Positions 12,439 to 24,554 of a DNA stretch of 51,542 bases are shown here, one piece after another. The DNA comes from Octopus bimaculoides (lineage: Eukaryota): positions 113,799,245-113,850,786 of the forward strand of contig NC_068986.1 in assembly GCF_001194135.2 (NCBI RefSeq), read 5' to 3'. Position numbers and translations under genes: made by a program. Position 1 is the first letter of the stretch. Each line of letters opens with the position of its first letter. Under the pieces are notes generated by a model that was not told where the DNA came from, searched no databases, and was given only the letters and a program-made list of their open reading frames with translations.

Positions 12439-12481
12439 AAGTAAAATAATAAGACAATAAAACGATATAGACTGTCATACC

Positions 12482-12521
12482 GGCCATGACGAAGGGAAAT
12501 AGCCCTGAAACTCGAGTCGCC
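12482..12521 (+). ncRNA. Degenerate minimal hammerhead ribozyme motif
   Basis: ggc C(a)TGACGA aggg-aaatag-ccct GAAAC TCGA GTC gcc: perfect 4-bp stem II, palindromic ACTCGAGT stem III, GUC triplet; one extra A inside the CUGANGA box. Confidence 0.6.
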
Positions 12522-12836
12522 TTTATATATATATATTTATATTTACATATTTATATATTTGATCCTTTATATTGAACACTCAATATTTCATCTACATTCA
12601 ATACTTTATTTCATGGTGCCATCCATTTTTATTTTATTTTATATTATATATTGTATATTATATTATATATTGTATATTCCATATTCTATACCCCACATTA
12701 GTTCTGCAGGAATATAAATAAAACATAAAAAACAGACAGTGTTGGAACTCTTTTAAGCAAAATAATATATTCCTCTATACACAATCATACAAAAAAATCC
12801 ACCTTTTTTTGTATTTATTTTTACTCGCATATATAT

Positions 12837-12876
<40 letters not shown>

Positions 12877-13500
12877 TTATATATTTATGTAGGTATATGT
12901 ACATATGCATGTGTATATATGATTGTGTGTGTGTGTCTGTGTTTTTGTGTGTGTGCATACATATATATCTGTGTGTGTATGTGTATGTGCATATATGTGT
13001 AGGGCGTGTATTTTTCTTTCATGGGCAACTCTACACTATCTCATAGTTTCCTTTTAATCCCAACACCTTCCCATGTTTCGTCTGAATTCTTCTGTTTAGA
13101 AAGGTAACTCTCTCTAATCCGCCCTGAGTGAATCTTTAGTCGGCACGGCTCAAATGTTTGGTCCACTCATTACCACTTGAAGTTCAACTCCTGCCCGTTT
13201 TACTCCGCCATCATCAGCCAGGCGTGTATCTTTTGTATTTGTAATTGGTGACGTGTGTGTTCGTGTTTAATTATGCTCTTTAATGAATATATCTTGGATT
13301 TCTTCCTGACTTTTCCAGACAAGTTGCCAAATTAATCGGCTGATCGGAAATAAAAATAGCCCCAACAATATTCCTTTCGAACTTTTTTCATTCTGATTTC
13401 AAATCCTTTTGAATTTACCTCTACATTTCATCCCTAGCGAGTGAATGAATTAAGAAACCACTAAAACACAGTTCTATATTTAAGAGATGAGGAACTATCT

Positions 13501-13782
13501 ACATTATTTTCCTTATTTACATTTGACGGATATTTGTCCTCATCTTTTTTGTTGTTAACACAACGTCTCGGCTGATATACCCTCCAGCATTCATCAGGTG
13601 TCTTGGGGCAAATTTCGAACCAGCGTTCTCATTCCTAAGATATTTTTCGATGTCGTTATTATTATTATTATTCAGGTCACTGCTTGGAATCGAACTCGGA
13701 GTCTAGGGGTTAGTAGACCGCGCTCTTAACCATTACAAGATGAGGAAAAATATCCGTCAAATGTAAATAATGTAAACAATGT
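13501..13782 (-). mobile_element. tRNA-headed SINE family C with HHR-like 3' tail and inverted tail duplication
   Basis: Minus head gtaatggttaagagcgcgg..gagttcgattcc (13736 downward), (AAT)n spacer, HHR-like motif 13557-13602; 13513-13546 is the reverse complement of 13737-13770 (33/34). Confidence 0.8.
13557..13602 (-). ncRNA. Hammerhead-like motif (core mutated GAAA>GAGA in this copy)
   Basis: gacac CTGATGA a tgctg-gagggtatat-cagcc GAGAC GTT gtgtt. Confidence 0.55.
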
Positions 13783-14879
13783 GCCACCAAAACAGTACGG
13801 TTGGTGCTATAGACTTACCTCTTCCCTCAAAAGTACTGCTCTTGTCCTTATATCAGACACCATTATTTATCACATGTCTTTATTAATTTTTCTTGTGAGG
13901 AATTGTTTCAAGCGGTGATGTTGAATCAATTAATTTTACCTCGTTTCATAAATTCTCATATACATTGTAATCAGCAGATATCAGACATTTTGTTCCCTGA
14001 AATTACAAACAAGATCTTCTAGCTCTTGTCCCACTCATCAGTCTTTAGTGCTTCCCGCTGACAACGAGTTCTTCTGGGGCTCATATTTCGCAAGCTTCTT
14101 AACCACATAACCATACTTCCACCTTTATTAGCTTCGTTTGATGTTGTTTGTGATACCCTTTGATTTCATCGATGGAACGTCCCCAGCTGGAGCCTCTTTC
14201 ATCATAGGTTCGTTGCAAGAGGGCTGACAAAGGTTAAAAGTCAAACAACAGCATTGACTCCGCACTATATCGTTCAATCTGTTTTGCTTTTTTTTTTATA
14301 ACTGTTTTATGATAAAAGTATATTTCATTTCATTTATGTTCTTCATTTTTCATTCTATTTATTCATTTATTTTGTTTTTGAGTTATGTCTGGCTCTTCTA
14401 ATAACTTCCCTCTGCATGCATTGCTCTATTTCTTTCGCTCTTCCCATATTATTCCATTCCCCAACCCATCTTTGCACACACTCACACACACACCGAACAG
14501 ATAATTCTCCATTCGATGTAATTTTCTAGCAATTCTTTTCAAAATTTCTACTTTCGCCATCACTAAATAATTTGAAAATATCTCAGATTTATTAAAGTGA
14601 AAGCATTAAGTGTTCAAATTTGGTAAAATTGGCAGAAATTCTTCGCTGAATCACCAAGTGATTGCAGCGAATGATGGAAGGAGTCGATGGAGAAGAAGAG
14701 AAAGTAGGAAGGAGGAGAAGAGGAGAAGAGAGGAAAATGAGAGAGAAGAAGGCGCGGGGAGAGGATAAGTAGAGGGGAGGAGTGGGGAGAGGAGTATGTA
14801 TAAACTAGTAAGAAAAATAATAATTTTGGAATCGAATTAAGATATTTTGATTAAGAGAGAAGTACAAGAAATGGTTCCT

Positions 14880-16290
14880 TCATGTTGTTGTTGTTGGTGT
14901 TGTTGTAGTTACTATTGTTGTTGTTGTTGGTCATGATAGAGATGAAGATGAGTAGAAGTTGAGGAGATGCCGAGGTTGTTGTTGTACATGTTGATAATGA
15001 TCAGGTTGTTACCGCTGCTGCTGCTGCTGCTACTGCAACTTCTTCCGATCCCACTGCTGCTGTTGATGATGATGGTGATGATCAGGACGACGACGACGAC
15101 GACAACGATAAAGAGGAGGAGGATGATCTCGGTGACGACGACGATGATGATAGGGAGGAGGAGGAAGACGACGAAAATGACGAAGATAAAGGGGATGAGG
15201 ATGACGATAATGATGTTAATGATGGTGATATTTCATTGTGGTAGTAGCAATAATGAATTTGATAGTAAACATGATGCTACGAGGATGGTCGTGGTGGGGA
15301 TTACGATTATGATGATCTTGATTATGGTGGTGATGGTGGTGGTGATGGTTGTCGTGCCAGTTGTGCCAGTGCAGGTGGTGGTGTTGGCGACGATATGGGT
15401 GTGTTGATGATGATGATGCTGCTGCTGATGATGATGATGATGATGATGATGTGTGATCGTGATCGTAATAGAAAAGACGTCAATAGACAACAGCACGGGG
15501 ATGAGGGTGATGATGGTGGAGGCTGTGGCGCTGGCCTTCCGCTTATTGATATTTGTGAAATATTAAGTTGCTGTCAATGATGATGATGGTGGTGGTGATG
15601 GTGTAGTAGTGGTAATGATGTGTGTAGGGGTGATGGTGGTGATGGTGAAGATGGCGTTAGCATCAATGGTGGTGCAGATGATGATGATGATGATGTTGAT
15701 GATGTTGCTGCTGGTGGTGTATTAATCGTTGCGTTCATTGCGATGGTTGCGATCGTATGGATGGTTGTGGCTGTGGGGATTGGGGAGATGATGATGATGA
15801 TGATGATCATGATGATTAATCTAATGGTGGTGGCTTTAGTGGTGTCAGTGGTAATTGTGAAAATGGTGGTGGTGGCGCCTGCGATGCTAATGGAGATTAG
15901 GGTCATCGTAATGGTGGACGCGAAAGTGATGGCTATAGTAGTAGCAAAGCAGCAACGACGACACTAGGTTACTACTACTACTACTACAACTGGTGGTGTC
16001 AGTTGTATTGGTTGGTAACAGTTGTATTGGTACCATGGGTAGTGGTGTGAGTGGTGATGGTGTTAGTGGTGCGTGTAAAATGATGGTTGTTGTGCTGTTA
16101 GCGATGATGGTTGTTGTTGTTGTGTGTGTGGTGGCGGTTATTTTGCTATTGAAACGGCTGAATATGGTGGTAAAGATGGCGAAGGTGTAGATAACGGAGA
16201 TTGCGGTGTGGGTGATGGTTAATATGTCGCTTGGTGGTGGTGGACATGGTGGTGGTGGTGGTGTTTGTGGTATTAGGGCTGTTAGGATGG
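14880..16290. repeat. Cryptic trinucleotide mosaic (GAT/GGT/GTT/GAC/GCT)n
   Basis: About 1.4 kb of shifting triplet runs that generate spurious poly-M/V/H ORFs. Confidence 0.9.
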
Positions 16291-16627
16291 AGGTCGACTA
16301 TGACTATCAGGGATCTCTCGCCTACAAACAAAACCGAACGACGATTAAAGGGTCTGAATCCAATCAACACATGTCATCATTAATTCCATTATAAACCATT
16401 GCTAGACTCCGTTTTATAATGTAGCGCTTCTACCGAGTCTTGTGGATAACATTTGTGAGACTTAAATTTTATGAATGTCATTTAGACAGAAAGCATCTTA
16501 TCCGAAGAGCAATTTTGTGTTCATCTCCAGCAGAAGATATTACCAAGTGAACTTTGGAATCATTTTGACAAAATCGACTCCATTGAAATCTTTGAAAGCG
16601 AGTCTGCATTCATTCAAAGATTTGATA

Positions 16628-16750
16628 TGACGTCACTGAAATTTCTATTGATAGCAGCCCAATCTCACTCGAGTCACTCCAATGCGTCGAAAACATAATC
16701 ATTTTCATGCAGTGGTATATATAAAAAGATGCATTTCACTTTGGCCATAA
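16628..16750 (+). promoter_or_regulatory. Possible Pol II promoter: CRE + 2x CCAAT + TATA
   Basis: TGACGTCA 16628-35, CCAAT 16659-63 and 16679-83, TATATATAAAAAG 16716-28; motif co-occurrence only. Confidence 0.25.
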
Positions 16751-17084
16751 TATTTATTAACTAACCACCAGGGACCTAACATGAAAAATTTAGACTTCTT
16801 TCGTAAAAGTAATCTTCATTGTCATCTCATTCGGTTTCTTATACAAAGTAGTTTTATTAAATACTTTTTAACATATTGTTTCTCCATGTATATCGAAAAT
16901 GCTTTTGTTTTGTTTTTCGACAGAATATGATTATCCCTTTCTCTCTTCCACCACTTCTTGTTTCTAATTTTGTTGAAAGAGATCTATTGCAATTCACTTC
17001 CGAGGTCGGAATTTCTTCCCTTTTTTCTCTTTTTTCTTTTTTTTTTCCCCTACAATCTAATTTAATTGACTCTGACCTGAGTTA

Positions 17085-17158
17085 ACGAGTAGTAGGCTTT
17101 CAAACAATAAATCCTAAGGCGGTGCTGCAGCATGGCCGCATTTAAATGATTCAAACAC

Positions 17159-17160
<2 letters not shown>
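17085..17160 (+). mobile_element. SINE family A 3' fragment
   Basis: aaggcggtgctgcagcatggccgca tail motif. Confidence 0.65.
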
Positions 17161-17246
<86 letters not shown>

Positions 17247-17303
17247 GGATGGCTACGTATCAGGTTTGGTTCTTATTGTATTGCAAATAAGAAGACAAGA
17301 TAG

Positions 17304-17860
17304 ATTTCTTTATTAGCCGAACACAGAGGGGGCAATACAATGTAGAATTTTTCTTTTCGAAAATGTTTTGGGACCTGTACACAAGGAAATAACAAAAGAG
17401 GGAGACTAAATATAACACTGACTAGGTTTATCCGTGGAAAGAAAAACCTACGAAAAAGAACCTCGATAACTTCGGAAACGAAAAAAGAAATAACATGAGA
17501 GCAAAGCGCTCTTTCTCTCTTTGTTTTATAGGATCATTCTCAAGGTGGTTCCGTCATTCTTGCGTATCATCTTTACTTCCCTATTTATTCTTACCTTCCT
17601 TTTCAAGTAATACTTGAAAGAAAAAGTTGATGAGAGGTTGGCCAGAGAGGAAAGTGCTTGTCTCCAAACGAGTCCACCATACACATTTTTTCACCATAGC
17701 CACGATTACAATGAAAACTGCCTTGCTTTCCAGGTTAAAAGAAGATGGAGGGGCAATATTCACGATAGACTCGGCTGACAACCGAATTCGCCCCACGCCT
17801 GACAGCGGCCGTTCGACATAGGCCCACAGATCTGAAATGCTTGGACGTAGCTTAATTGAG
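17304..17860 (-). mobile_element. L1/Tx1-like LINE 3' end (ORF2 C-terminus + 3' UTR)
   Basis: Minus frame (C/R)PSISDLWAYVERPLSGVGRIRLSAESIVNI...VFIVIVAMVKKCVWWTRL...LINFF resembles the region after the zinc knuckle in Tx1-type ORF2 (AK..IW..R.....LI.FF); ends in aataaagaaat. Confidence 0.65.
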
Positions 17861-18213
17861 ACGTGTACAGACGTTTAAGATGTATTTCTGTTATCCAGCA
17901 TCCATTTACTACGGCAGGAAACGAAATATAAGCTTATGAGAAACGCACTGGCCCATAAATAAGCTCACATCCATACGTTCACAAGCATTCACACGGGTAG
18001 AGCTAATTTTATATACACTCATATATATACATATATACTTNNNNNNNNNNNNNNNNNNNNNNNNNNNNNNNNNNNNNNNNNNNNNNNNNNNNNNNNNNNN
18101 NNNNNNNNNNNNNNNNNNNNNNNNNNNNNNNNNNNNNNNNNNNNNNNNNNNNNNNNNNNNNNNNNNNNNNNNNNNNNNNNNNNNNNNNNNNNNNNNNNNN
18201 NNNNNNNNNNNNN

Positions 18214-18325
18214 TTAATAGTTATCGCCAAGCCAACATGGCAGTCCCATGTTGGCTTGGCGATAACTATTAATTTCCAGTACCGCTGCCGTAGTCTCCTT
18301 TAGAGAGACTTAGAAATATTAATAA
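18214..18325. repeat. Perfect palindrome / fold-back element (left arm cut by gap)
   Basis: 18214-18240 is the exact reverse complement of 18246-18272 (27 bp arms, 5 nt loop). Confidence 0.85.
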
Positions 18326-18326
18326 C

Positions 18327-18357
<31 letters not shown>

Positions 18358-18556
18358 GCGTGTGTGTGTGCGCGTGTGCGTCTGTGTTTGTGTAAATCTG
18401 TTTATGTATATATACAAAGAGACGTGCGTGTATAGAGAGAGAGATAAATATAGAAAGACAGACAAACACATAGATAGATACATAGATAGGCATATAGATG
18501 CACAACTAGATTAATTCAGTGAGTGATACACGTATGTATATACATCCATACGTATG

Positions 18557-18603
<47 letters not shown>

Positions 18604-18707
18604 NNNNNNNNNNNNNNNNNNNNNNNNNNNNNNNNNNNNNNNNNNNNNNNNNNNNNNNNNNNNNNNNNNNNNNNNNNNNNNNNNNNNNNNNNNNNNNNNN
18701 NNNNNNN

Positions 18708-18760
<53 letters not shown>

Positions 18761-19075
18761 TGCATATATACGTAGTCGTGTATGCATGTACACATCAATG
18801 AGTGCGTGCGTCTATACAGTAATCTCTATACATTTATTATTCACATAGATAGAAAGATAGACAGACAGACAGACGGAAAGGTAGATAGATAGATAGATAG
18901 ATAGATGAGGGAAATGGACAGACAGATGAGATTTAGAGGTGATAATAGATGCAAGGATAGATGAGATAGATAGAAACATAAATCAGTACTTTAACCGTGG
19001 AGATAAGCTCATTAATCTACGAATTAGCAAAGATCGCACCTGGACTTTAGAAAAGTCATTGTAGCCTCTCTCTGA

Positions 19076-19106
<31 letters not shown>

Positions 19107-19859
19107 TGAGAGAGAGATGGTGGTGCGGTTGTGTGTGGTCGGGATCTGAGACTATTTTCAGAATATCTGCTTCCGTAATTTGTTTAGCCAGATAAGTCTG
19201 GTTTATATTGGAAACGGAGAATGCCAAGAGAGAAAAGGGCAAGAGAGGATATAAACGAGAAGGACAAAAACAAAAAAAAGCGATAATGATTTTGATTTCT
19301 AACATCGTAATGGTGGTGGTGGTGGTGGTGGTGGTGGTGTTGGTCGTGGTCGTGATGATGATGATGATGATGATGACGGGAAGGAGGTGGATGTGAAGAA
19401 GAAGAAGAAGAAGAAAAGACCAACAAAAATACGAATTGGCGAGGAAAGACAGTAAAAAGAAAGTAGGAGGATGAGATTAAGAAGAGGAATGATAAATATA
19501 TAATTCGAATTTATTGTACTATTAGCGCCATGCTTCTAAATATCGTTAAAATTACATTCCGAAAACCTCGATTCACCTCCTTTTCTTTAGGTTGATTGTC
19601 TTTTTTTTTTTAATACAAGTAAACAACTGAACAAGTTTTAGATTCAAAAATAACTCTTGACGATCAACTAAAATAAATTCACCAAAGAAACAGAATGACT
19701 ATAATCTGTGTGTGTTTGTGTGTGTGTGTGGGGGGGGGGGTCTGTCTGTCTGTCTGTCTGTGTTCATGTGTGGCTGTATGTATGTGTGTTGTGTATGAAT
19801 GTGTGCTTCTGTGTTGTGCATGTGTGTGTTTATATATATATGTGTGTGTGTGTGTTTTG

Positions 19860-20047
19860 AGTTCAGTTCTACTTCGTGGCACCCTGGGTAGGTGTCTTCT
19901 ATTATAGCTCACATTTTGTGTTCAAGTTCTGCCGAGGTTGACTTTCCCTTTCATCATTTCGGGTCGATAAATTAAATACCAGTGAAACACTGGGTCGATA
20001 AAATCGACTAGGCACCGCCCCCAAATTTCAGGTTTTGTGCCTATACT
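19860..20047 (+). mobile_element. SINE A head fragment abutting a SINE B 3' fragment
   Basis: gttcagttct..cgtggcaccctgggtaggtgtcttct followed by gttcaagttctgccgaggttgac...gataaattaaataccag. Confidence 0.7.
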
Positions 20048-20559
20048 ATTATTATTATTATTATTGTTATTATTATTATCATTATTATATGAATATATAA
20101 AATTCTATATATGTGTGCGTGCGTATGTGTTTGTGTATGAATGTGTGTGTGTGTACAAATATATATATTCATATGTGCTTGTAAATGTATGTGCGCGTGT
20201 GTGTGTGTATCTCTGAGTGGCTATGTGTTCCCCCCCCACGACCGCTTGACATCCGTTGCTGATTAATATGTGTATGCATATATATATATATATATATATA
20301 TTTAGATAGATAGATAGACAGATATTTCAAGATTTCTTGCGAATAGAGTAAGAGCCGGTTTCTAACCTGGATCCAAGGCTCATTCATTGAAATTTCAACA
20401 TCAACAACATGTTATTTTTGTATGTATGTATGTATGTATGTATGTATGTATGTATGTTGTATTGAACAGAAGGATTATTCCATGCTTTTGTAGAGTACTA
20501 AATTATTATTATTTAGCAAGAAAAATTTTCACGGTGACTTCGAAGTTTCACCCAGTGCA

Positions 20560-21060
20560 TTTGTGTTAATATATCGGCTTTTCAGAGTCTCTGTTGCGAT
20601 GATTTTTTTTCCTTCGATGTGTGTAATACTTTTAAACTGTAATTACGTTGCAGGATAGGTTTTGATGGAGAGGTTTAACGGAGAAATTTTTTCTTGATTA
20701 AATCTTGATTTCTGATATTGCCCAGAATTTATTCATGTCTGTGGTACTTTGTAAATGAGTAGGGTCCACAAAACAGATGGAAGTAGGTAGATGGAAATTT
20801 TTGGTCAGCAGATGTGTCACTAGTTTTAGTCAGTGTTTGTTTTATTGGATTTGTCCAATGTAAGGTCAAAGATCCAAAGTGCAGCATTGAAACTTTGTAA
20901 TTGGGTGTGTCAAGGTTTTTGAAATTGAATTCCCAACAGTTTACAATGGAATGTAAGTAGGTGTTTTTATTGGTCAAAATGTTTTTTCATTAGTTGTTGA
21001 TGTTAGATTATTTCTCCAGTATGTATTGGGAAGGTGGAGGTAATTAATGTAACGGGAAAG
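20560..21060 (-). mobile_element. Decayed LINE-like coding fragment (possibly L1 clade)
   Basis: Long, nearly open minus frame including ORF 20729-20977; no diagnostic motif identified with certainty. Confidence 0.3.
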
Positions 21061-21323
21061 TTCATATCGAAATTCTTTATCTTGTGATTTATGCAATATC
21101 CATATACGAGACGTTTTGGTAACCTCTGCTGGAAACGCCATAACAAGTCAGCTGCTATGCATCAAGTGGTCCACAGAGGGCACCACTGAGCTGGTAATGG
21201 TGTCTTTACATTTTTTCTTTAAGAAATTTTTTCTCCGTGGTAAACTTCAGTGAACTTACCTTCAGAAGTTAAAAAGTGTCACAAACTTATTTGGACTAAC
21301 CTATAGTCAGTTATACACATAAA

Positions 21324-21357
<34 letters not shown>

Positions 21358-21372
21358 ACACATACGCACACA

Positions 21373-21449
<77 letters not shown>

Positions 21450-21789
21450 GGGGGACGTGTGTATGCGTGTGTGTAAGCATGTATGTATATATATATATAA
21501 AGATATGCATAGACATATACATACCTATTTTTCACTTACTTAATAGCCAAGCCAGCTAAACGAGGGACTTCAATAATTTAAAACCAAAGATCAAAACAGA
21601 ACTTACTTCGAAATGTAGAATATTTCACGCCTACGAAGTGAGGAAATGTGTATAACATACATAAATACACTACGAAATACATAAAAGATACATGACTCAT
21701 AAGCTGGTTTAGAATTCCAGCAACTGCTTCAGGATAAGTAAACGATAAAATAATATTCAATGAGGAAAATAATTTGTTCTCATTGTATA

Positions 21790-22660
21790 GAGCTTGTATA
21801 GTGCTTTATCTTTGCAATCTTCCATCCTTCGCAATCATGGCCTTCTTGATTACAATAACAGCGGTTCTGTGACATTTTTTACATACCATGCTATGTTGTT
21901 TTCTGCTTTAATGCTGTGTTTGCATCCAATCAGTCTTCTTCCACCTCATTTTCTTGGTGCATACAGTTTGCCTGTGTCACGTTCTGGGTGGAGTATCCCA
22001 TATCTAGTCAGCAACTTCCTTGTCTTTCCTTTCTGTCTAAGCTGTTTAGTTCGTCTACTATCCATGCGATTACCCCTGCTCCATATCTAAGGAGTGAAAC
22101 CGCCAGTACATGCCATCAAAGTGACACTGAGGTAAAATATACGAAGTCCAATATACCCATCATGACAACCCGTCTGATAAGGGTACACCAAGCACCAGGC
22201 ATCACAACCATATGTGCGAGACATGGTGATTTCATATCAAGATAAACAGCGCATGAACTGGCCCAGTTAGATTTTTCGTTAGGTCGCGTAGCCCATCCCG
22301 CTCAAAAGATTGTTTAAGGATGTTGAGCAAAACACCCATGTTTCCAAAGGTGAATTATTCAGACCCCAAAGAATTCCTCTCAACATATGGCTATGATGCT
22401 CCCCCACTACTTCTGCTCGTGATCAGAGATGCACATATCGTCAGCCACTAAGGGACATGCTCATCTGGTTAAGGTCAAACAAGTGACAAGCAAATCTGTG
22501 GTATTAAGCAGGATATTTGCTGTAGCCCATCTTTTTATACCAAAACAAAACAATGTACATGATAACACTTCCAATCAATTAAGATCAGAAGCCATGAGAG
22601 CCACTGCCTGGTTCTGCATCCTGGCATGGTACCGTACTCGGGCATTTATTATTATTATTA
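21790..22660 (-). mobile_element. Dong/R4-clade LINE, internally deleted, next to (AAT)n
   Basis: Minus frame LAVSLLRYGAGVIAWIVDELNSLDRK/TRKLLTRYGILHP..DT.KLYAPRK*GGR.LIG fits the R4/Dong 'HP..D.DRLY.PR..GGRGL' motif; joined to ~550 bp non-coding repeat starting at (AAT)n. Confidence 0.75.
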
Positions 22661-22671
22661 TTATTATTATT

Positions 22672-22885
22672 TCAAATTTTTGTCACAAGGGCAGCTTGGG
22701 AGATATGAGGATGAGTCAATTGCATCGCCCCCCACCCAGTGTTCAACTGGTACTTATTTTATCGAACTCGATTTGATGGAAGGCAAAGTCGACCTCGGTG
22801 GAATTTGAACACTGAATTTTAACAACAAACGAAATACTGCTAAGAATTTCACCTGGCGTGCCAACAATTCTCCCAGCTCGCCGCC
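22672..22885 (-). mobile_element. SINE family B
   Basis: Reverse complement head ...cagctcgccgcc and central domain. Confidence 0.85.
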
Positions 22886-22925
22886 TAGATAATAATAATA
22901 ATAATAATGATAATAATAATAATAA

Positions 22926-22963
<38 letters not shown>

Positions 22964-23394
22964 ACAATGGTATTTTTGAATATTATTGACCCATGCCGTA
23001 AATAAATCTATGCACATCATTCAATATAAGAATCTTTTGGGAAAAACATCTACATTGAGTGTCGATGTTTAAGAAGTAAGTTCTAAAACATCCGATATGG
23101 AAGTTCTTTAAAGATACATTTGATCGTTGAGTATGTAGGTATTGTTAAGAATTGGCATTCGGATCAGATGTCAGATAGCGTTCACGCAACACTGGAGACG
23201 GAGGGACAGCAACAGAGCCTGACATTAAACAAATGCCTGCAGAGAAAACACCAAAGAAACATATTCGCATCTACGTTCACAGCTGTGTGTGTGTGTGTGT
23301 GTGTACATAGAATTAAGTATGTGTCTATGCGTTTGTGTTTATGACAGTGGAGTTTGTGCTTATGTTTCAATGCATAAACATACTATACTATCAA

Positions 23395-23524
<130 letters not shown>

Positions 23525-24299
23525 AAATATTTCTATACATATATGGACAAATGTATACATATATATATACATGCACGCACATACACACGGTCATATATAC
23601 GCGCGCACATATGGGCAGAGGAAAGTAGAATGGCCGTGCTTATTCGTTTGAAAACGGAACGCAGAAATTCCATAACGAACTCATCAGTTTATAGTTTAGG
23701 AAAATGTTACATATTTATTGTACAGTTCCGTAGCGGACCATTGCATTCTGTTCGCTTTCTTTCGCGCGTTTGGAAATTACTAGGGGATCTTTTTTAAGAT
23801 GCTTAGCGTCCTTTCCATGCGGATTATCAGCAACCAAAAGCTAACAGTAATTAACTTTGACGAACACGTCTTGTTTTTAAAAATTAACGAAAGACAGATT
23901 AATTTTTTTCCTTCAAGTACATTTATCTAATTTGTTTGTTTGTTTATTTATTTATATTCTGTAGCAATTTTTGAACAATGGCTTCGTCTATTACGGGTTT
24001 CCAACACATCCCTGATCGAGATAAACTTTTATTGAGGCATCGCTGTCAGAGTTGATGTTGTTGTATAAACCGTGAGATAAACATGGCTACGCGTATTACA
24101 ACAAAAGTCAACTGGCGAACGTTTAACAACGGATGTAGGCAAAGCATTTATACATGCATAAACTATGAAATCCTCACTTCTAGCGTGACTAGGATGTAGA
24201 GATTGCCTTAACTGTATTCGTTCCGCCATTTCTGGAAAGTGAGAAACAAAAAGATATGAGCCCACCGAAAATTTTTAAGGTTCTTTTCTTGATTTGTTT

Positions 24300-24554
24300 G
24301 ACACCAAGACTTATTTTATCGACACCGAAAGAATGAAAGACAAAAATTGAACTTGGTGGAATCCGGACTCAGAATGGGGGGAGGCAGCAGTCGATTAGAT
24401 CGATCCCAGTACGCAACTGGTACTTAATTTATCGACTCCGAAAGGATGAAAGACAAAGTCGACCGCGGCAGAATTTGAACTCAGAACTTAAAGTCAGACG
24501 AAATACCGCTAAGCATTTCGCCCGGCCTGCTAACGTTGCTGCCAGCTCGCCGCC
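24300..24554 (-). mobile_element. SINE family B plus adjacent partial copy
   Basis: Near-consensus reverse copy 24376-24554; fragment 24300-24372. Confidence 0.88.

Larger units (their letters stand above)
13050..14250 (-). mobile_element. Old RTE-X-like LINE remnant interrupted by SINE C
   Basis: Weak, stop-riddled motifs on the minus strand (NNSSQEKLIK; VRKKSKIYSLKSII; EWTKHLSR...GLERVTF). Confidence 0.3.

Noticed and set aside
13690-13736. tRNA-like sequence as a tRNA gene (also the heads of SINE A and B)
   Set aside because: No complete cloverleaf or acceptor stem; these are SINE heads
14967-15967. Long ORFs rich in M/V/H/T/I (also 47174-48440 and 43796-44182)
   Set aside because: Products of stop-poor triplet repeats; no complexity or homology signal
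17595-17831. Apparent 237-nt minus-strand exon with good AG/GT sites
   Set aside because: The frame continues upstream as (C)PSISDLW and matches a Tx1/L1 ORF2 C-terminus followed by a 3' UTR; LINE remnant rather than host exon
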